Positions 59,659-64,000 of a stretch of DNA of 64,000 nucleotides are shown here, in pieces. Source of the DNA: an uncultured cyanobacterium (GTDB lineage Bacteria > Cyanobacteriota > Cyanobacteriia > Phormidesmidales > Phormidesmidaceae). How positions within the stretch are numbered: position 1 is the stretch's first letter; each line of letters begins with the position of its first letter. Where the stretch lies: the NCBI GenBank assembly GCA_963793265.1, contig CAWBZI010000004.1, positions 1 to 64,000 of the forward strand. Reading direction: 5' to 3'. Under the pieces are notes generated by a model that saw nothing but the letters and a program-made list of their open reading frames with translations, was not told where the DNA came from and made no database searches. Made by a program: the position numbers and the translations under genes.

Positions 59659-60875
59659 TTAAGTGGGATAGTCGTCTCTGCTATCGTCTAGCTCGTCTAG
59701 TGATTTTGAAGGGGGCTCTATCACGCGATAGTCCGCCTCGTAAACGCCCTCTGCGTCGATGTCGTCTAAATTTTCTGGGTCTACGTAGGGTGAATCGTCG
59801 TAGAGGCCATCTCGGTACACGCGCTTTTGAGCGTTGGCAGGTGGAGCGTCGCTGTAAGTTTCAAAGTTTTCCCAGCCGCTGTCTAAGTTATCGCGATCGC
59901 CGCTGGTAGAGTCATAGCGGCCCGCATAGCCTTCGTCGTAGCGGTCTTCTGAGTAACGGCTGTCTGCGCGATAACCCCCTTCATAACCGCTGTAGCCGTC
60001 GCTGCCTTCGTCCCATCCTGCCGCAATCTCATCTGCTGTCTGCGCAGGTGCTTGAGGCGGCTTACCGATGCCTATGAAGTCTAAGAAGCCTTTCTTTGTC
60101 TCAGCGGCTCTAGCCGGGTCGTCGGCGTCCCAAGTATTGCGGTGCTCAACTGTTCGCAAATCGCCCCAGTCGTCACCAATCTTTTTGTTTGCTACCGGCG
60201 TGTCACTGCTTTTACTCTTTTTTTTTTGGAAAAAGGATTCACGATAGTCGAACGTGGTTCGGGTGAAGGCAGGGGTTCCGAGGCTCGATCTGTAACAGAT
60301 GGAGCGGTGATGATAGGGTCTGAGGGGGGGACTATGGGTGGTTCTATAAAATTTTCTGCAGGATTAGCTGCACTCTCAGGCGTACTGTCAGCGGCTGCGT
60401 AAGCGCTTTGATAAGGCGGTGTGTAAGGTTCTGGTCTGTAGGACTCAGCGCTATATTCGGGGCCGTAACGGCTGCTGTCGGCGGGTGGTGAAGCGGTGGG
60501 AGCCGAATCTTGAGGCGGCGGCGAGGGCTCGCTGACAAAGGCCGTTGAGGGCGCGGGCGCGCTGTAGGTGGCTGCGGGTGGCTGATGCGCTGGCCCGGAG
60601 GGGGGCAGATCAGTGGAGCCTGGGCTAGCTGGGTAAGGAACGCGCGAGCCGATGGGCCGGTATTTACTTTCGGGTGGACGCCGCAGGCCGATGAGCCCGT
60701 ATAAAATTAGCGTGATGAGTGACCCCAAAACTACTGCGCCTACTAGCATTAAGCCAAGTGGAATGGCGGGCGTGGTGTAGCTACCGAGAACGACGAGCGG
60801 AAAGGCTGTTGAATTCTGAATGGCTAAAGCGGCCATTACTAAAATAATCAGCAGCAAAACTATCAGTCGAGGCAT
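59659..60875 (-). pseudogene. LapA-family membrane protein split by a frameshift at an A10 tract (track ORFs 60192-60956 and 59659-60159)
   Basis: N-terminal part MPRLIVLLL..ALAIQN. The downstream frame is open up to the T10 run at 60218-60227 and ends with YEADYRVI. Confidence 0.65.
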
Positions 60876-60924
60876 GGTTGGGGTACTCCTTGGGGGCTTG
60901 TAGGTACCTTTGCTATTTCGTATC

Positions 60925-61611
60925 TTACTCGCCTGTCCAGCGGCGTAATGGTACACAGTCTATCGCAAGCTGATCTAAGGCTCTAGCGACGACGAAATCG
61001 ACTAGATCATTGATGCTTTGGGGGCGGTGATACCAGGCGGGAATGGCGGGTACGATGCGCGCGCCTGCTTCGGCTAGGGTGGTGAGGTTGCGTAAGTGGA
61101 TGAGGCTTAGCGGTGTTTCTCTGGGTACGAGAACAAGCGATCGCCCCTCTTTAATCTGAACGTCAGCCGCGCGTTCTAGCAAGTCAGAACTTAGCCCTGC
61201 TGCGAGCTTACCAACAGTGCTCATACTGCACGGCATGACCACCATGCCCAGGGCTCTAAACGAGCCGCTAGCAATGCTTGCCCCGACGTTTCCAGACGCG
61301 TGACAGCGCAACGTTCCTGCTTTCTCTACGCCCGCTTGCTCGCGCCAAAAGTGCGCCTGTTGCTCTGGATTGGTGGGCATTTGAATGCCGTCTTCTTTGA
61401 GCCAAACCTGATGAGAAGCTCGCGAGGCGACTAAATCGACGGTGTAGCCTGCTGTGAGGAGATGGGTGAGCGATCGCACCGCATAAATCAGTCCTGAAGC
61501 CCCGCTGACGCCTAAAATAATCGGCGTTTGAGGAACAGCTTGTGTTGAATTAGATGATGCGGGCGTTTTAGCTTTAGTAAGGGTTACATCAGCAGTATTG
61601 TTTGCGGTCAC
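60925..61611 (-). CDS. ubiX: flavin prenyltransferase
   Basis: GVSGASG, IASGS, PCSMST, LLERAADV and VPRETP motifs. Confidence 0.93.
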   Translation of the reverse strand: MTANNTADVTLTKAKTPASSNSTQAVPQTPIILGVSGASGLIYAVRSLTHLLTAGYTVDLVASRASHQVWLKEDGIQMPTNPEQQAHFWREQAGVEKAGTLRCHASGNVGASIASGSFRALGMVVMPCSMSTVGKLAAGLSSDLLERAADVQIKEGRSLVLVPRETPLSLIHLRNLTTLAEAGARIVPAIPAWYHRPQSINDLVDFVVARALDQLAIDCVPLRRWTGE

Positions 61612-61657
61612 GTTTTAGTTGCGTTAGGGATAGGGAGTTTGCTGCTGCGTCTCAGAT

Positions 61658-64000
61658 TTATTCCTCTTCAGAAGGGAAGTCTTCACCACCATCGTCGTCT
61701 TCAGCGGCTTCGCTGCCACCACCCACGGCGACCAGATCAATTTGCTGACGGTAGTAGTCCACGCTCTTGACTTGAACTTCGACGCGATCGCCCAGTCGAT
61801 ACTGCTGCCGATTCTTTCTACCCACCAGCTTTTGCTGACGCGAACGATACTCATACCAGTCATCTTTAAGCGAGCTTACGTGCACAAGCCCTTCTACTAG
61901 CAGCTCCTCTAGCTCTACAAAGAACCCGTAAGACTGAACGCCGGTAATCAATCCGTGAAAAACTTCGCCTGTGTGCGCCTGCATGAAGGCTGCTTTCTTC
62001 AACCCTTCCAAGTCAGATTCAGCATCTTGAGCAACCCGTTCGCGCTCGGTGAGCTTGATCGGTGCGCGCGATAGCTGCTCTTCCATCGACTGCTGTACCG
62101 CAGGTGGGAGAACGCTCCAGGTGATGTTGCCATGGCATGAGCTGTGGCGCAGATTCACGCTGTCTTTTGACCGGGTAGAGCGGCGATCGCGCCCATGCTC
62201 AAACACCGCATGTAACAGCCTTTGCACCAGTACATCAGGATAGCGGCGTACGGGGGAAGCAAAGTGGGTGTAGGCGTCGTCAATGGCTAGGCCGAAATGA
62301 GGGCCAGGTTGCGCGCTATAAACTGGCGGCTTAAAAGTTGCTAGCAGCAGGTAGGTCAGCACCTTCTCAGACTTGGACTCGGCAAATGCTTCGGTGAAGT
62401 TGCGATAGTCGCTAGGTCGCACCTCTTCTTCATTTTCAAGCTGAATGTCAAGATCCATATTGTTAGCCAGCTTGACCAGCTCTTGCACGTCAGCCAAATC
62501 GGGCGTGCGATGAATCCGGTAGAGCCCAGGAATGCCCAGCTCTTGAATGTGCTTGGCGACAAGCTGATTGACGAGCAGCATGGCCTCGGTCACGATAATG
62601 CGGGCAGGCAGCTTAGCCGATACGGCCATCGCGCCTAGTGAGCCTTCATCGTCATAGTGAAACTTGGGTGAAAGATATTCTGCTAAGTCTTCAGCTTCGG
62701 GTGGAAATACATGGTCGGGCAGGCTTAGCTCAAAAGAACCGCGCTCGTGACGGTGCTGTCGCAGCTCTTGGGCGAGCTGAAACAAACTATCAATCAGATC
62801 GAATGCTGGCTCAAACTCTTCTAAATCATCTGGGTCAATGCCTAGCTGTTCTAGCTCCTCATCCTCTTCGCGTGCCAAGATGCCCTGAACCTGGTCGTAG
62901 TCTATCTGATGTTCTACCTGGATGACGCTCGGCTGAATTTCGTACTCTAATACTTGCCCACCATCGTCAATGGTAATGAGCACCGAAATCGCTAGCCGAT
63001 CTTTTCCAGGGACTAGCGAGCACAGCGCATTGGGTAAAGGTGGCGGCAGCATGGGGACAATTTCGTCGCCTAGATAAACGGCGCTACCACGGCGGCGGGC
63101 CTCACGGTCGATAGCTTCGTCGGGCTGTAGGTAGTGCGCAACGTCAGCAATGTGAATGCTCAAACGGCGGAGCCCATCGTCGGTAATATCAAGGCTGAGG
63201 GCGTCATCAACAACTTTGGGGTTAGGCCCGTCTATGGTGATAACGTTTTGGCCGCGCAGATCGATGCGATCTTTGGTGTCGGCTTTGCGGACGCGATTGG
63301 GCAAGCCGCGAGCGGCGATGAAAACGTCTTCCTGGAAGTTTTGCGGAAGATCGTGCTTGCAGTACACGATGTCGATGTCGGCGGCATCTTCAGCATCGCT
63401 GCCGAGAATGCGAGCCACTTTGCCTTTTGGCGGATTTTGGGCCAGCGGGTACTGGGTGATTTCGACGTGGATGAGGTGGTCGATGGCCTCTGAGAGGTCT
63501 TTTTCACTTTCGGTAATGTCTAGCTCAAAGAGCAGGCGGTCGTCTAGGGGGACGGCTTTGAAGGTGTCGTCTGTTTCGCCTGCTTTAACTTTGGAGAGCA
63601 CGGAGGCGTTGGCGCGCTCTAGAATGAGCTTGACTTCGCCTTCGGGGCTGCGGCGACGGCTGCCGTCTTTGGTGACTTTGACTAAGACGCGATCGCCATT
63701 CCAGGCCGTGTGTAGCTGCGACTCCCGTACGTAAATATCGTCGGCAGTTTCTTCATCTTGAATAGCAAAGCAAAACCCCTTGCTAGAGCATCTTAATTTG
63801 CCTTCTACAACGTCCTCTTCTTCGACTCTGCGATACTTCCCGCGTGATTTTTCTAGAACGTTAATGCGCTCAAGGGCATCTAGGGCGATTTGTAACGCTT
63901 GAGAGCTGGCTTTGCCTGAGCAGTTTAGTTTTTTTTCTAGGGCTTTAACAGCAACTAATTTATCGTCCGAAAAATTAGCTAATAGTGACGCAATCGAAAA
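61658..64000 (-). CDS. rnr: ribonuclease R (5' end just outside the window)
   Basis: Frame is open to the window edge (FSIASLLANF...KLRCSSKGFCFA). ITID..DDA, HIADV, HFASPVRRYPD and S1 domain present. Confidence 0.93.
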   Translation of the reverse strand, partial: FSIASLLANFSDDKLVAVKALEKKLNCSGKASSQALQIALDALERINVLEKSRGKYRRVEEEDVVEGKLRCSSKGFCFAIQDEETADDIYVRESQLHTAWNGDRVLVKVTKDGSRRRSPEGEVKLILERANASVLSKVKAGETDDTFKAVPLDDRLLFELDITESEKDLSEAIDHLIHVEITQYPLAQNPPKGKVARILGSDAEDAADIDIVYCKHDLPQNFQEDVFIAARGLPNRVRKADTKDRIDLRGQNVITIDGPNPKVVDDALSLDITDDGLRRLSIHIADVAHYLQPDEAIDREARRRGSAVYLGDEIVPMLPPPLPNALCSLVPGKDRLAISVLITIDDGGQVLEYEIQPSVIQVEHQIDYDQVQGILAREEDEELEQLGIDPDDLEEFEPAFDLIDSLFQLAQELRQHRHERGSFELSLPDHVFPPEAEDLAEYLSPKFHYDDEGSLGAMAVSAKLPARIIVTEAMLLVNQLVAKHIQELGIPGLYRIHRTPDLADVQELVKLANNMDLDIQLENEEEVRPSDYRNFTEAFAESKSEKVLTYLLLATFKPPVYSAQPGPHFGLAIDDAYTHFASPVRRYPDVLVQRLLHAVFEHGRDRRSTRSKDSVNLRHSSCHGNITWSVLPPAVQQSMEEQLSRAPIKLTERERVAQDAESDLEGLKKAAFMQAHTGEVFHGLITGVQSYGFFVELEELLVEGLVHVSSLKDDWYEYRSRQQKLVGRKNRQQYRLGDRVEVQVKSVDYYRQQIDLVAVGGGSEAAEDDDGGEDFPSEEE

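Noticed and set aside
63134..63734. antisense and alternate-frame ORFs over rnr, and similar short ORFs over other long genes
   Set aside because: No recognisable motifs; these are expected shadows of coding sequence.

Overview
A gene-dense chromosomal window from a cyanobacterium: the HIP1 octamer GCGATCGC is frequent, and NtcA boxes, nirA/narB, ftn2 and ycf35 are present. The NrtP-type permease suggests a marine lineage (inference). Main content: (i) a nitrate-assimilation locus, nirA-nrtP-narB-psiE, divergent from nirB-[dynamin-like protein]-ntcB-cnaT, with two canonical NtcA-activated promoters and narM about 18 kb away; (ii) housekeeping genes speA, ggt, MATE, mltA, dusB, fmt, ftn2, pdhAB, secDF, ubiX and rnr; (iii) four stand-alone PD-(D/E)XK/Uma2 nuclease-like genes and a hicBA toxin-antitoxin pair. 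No rRNA, tRNA, CRISPR array or intact transposase was seen. Best leads: a dynamin-like gene inside the nitrate regulatory cluster; a DUF3038-DUF4335-OmpA operon behind ftn2 with TolA/TonB-Pal-like architecture; a TIR/deoxyribohydrolase-like gene with a LexA-like box; a LapA-family gene split at an A10 tract; and a four-way-junction RNA upstream of a small ORF. All family calls come from motif recognition by eye, not from database searches.
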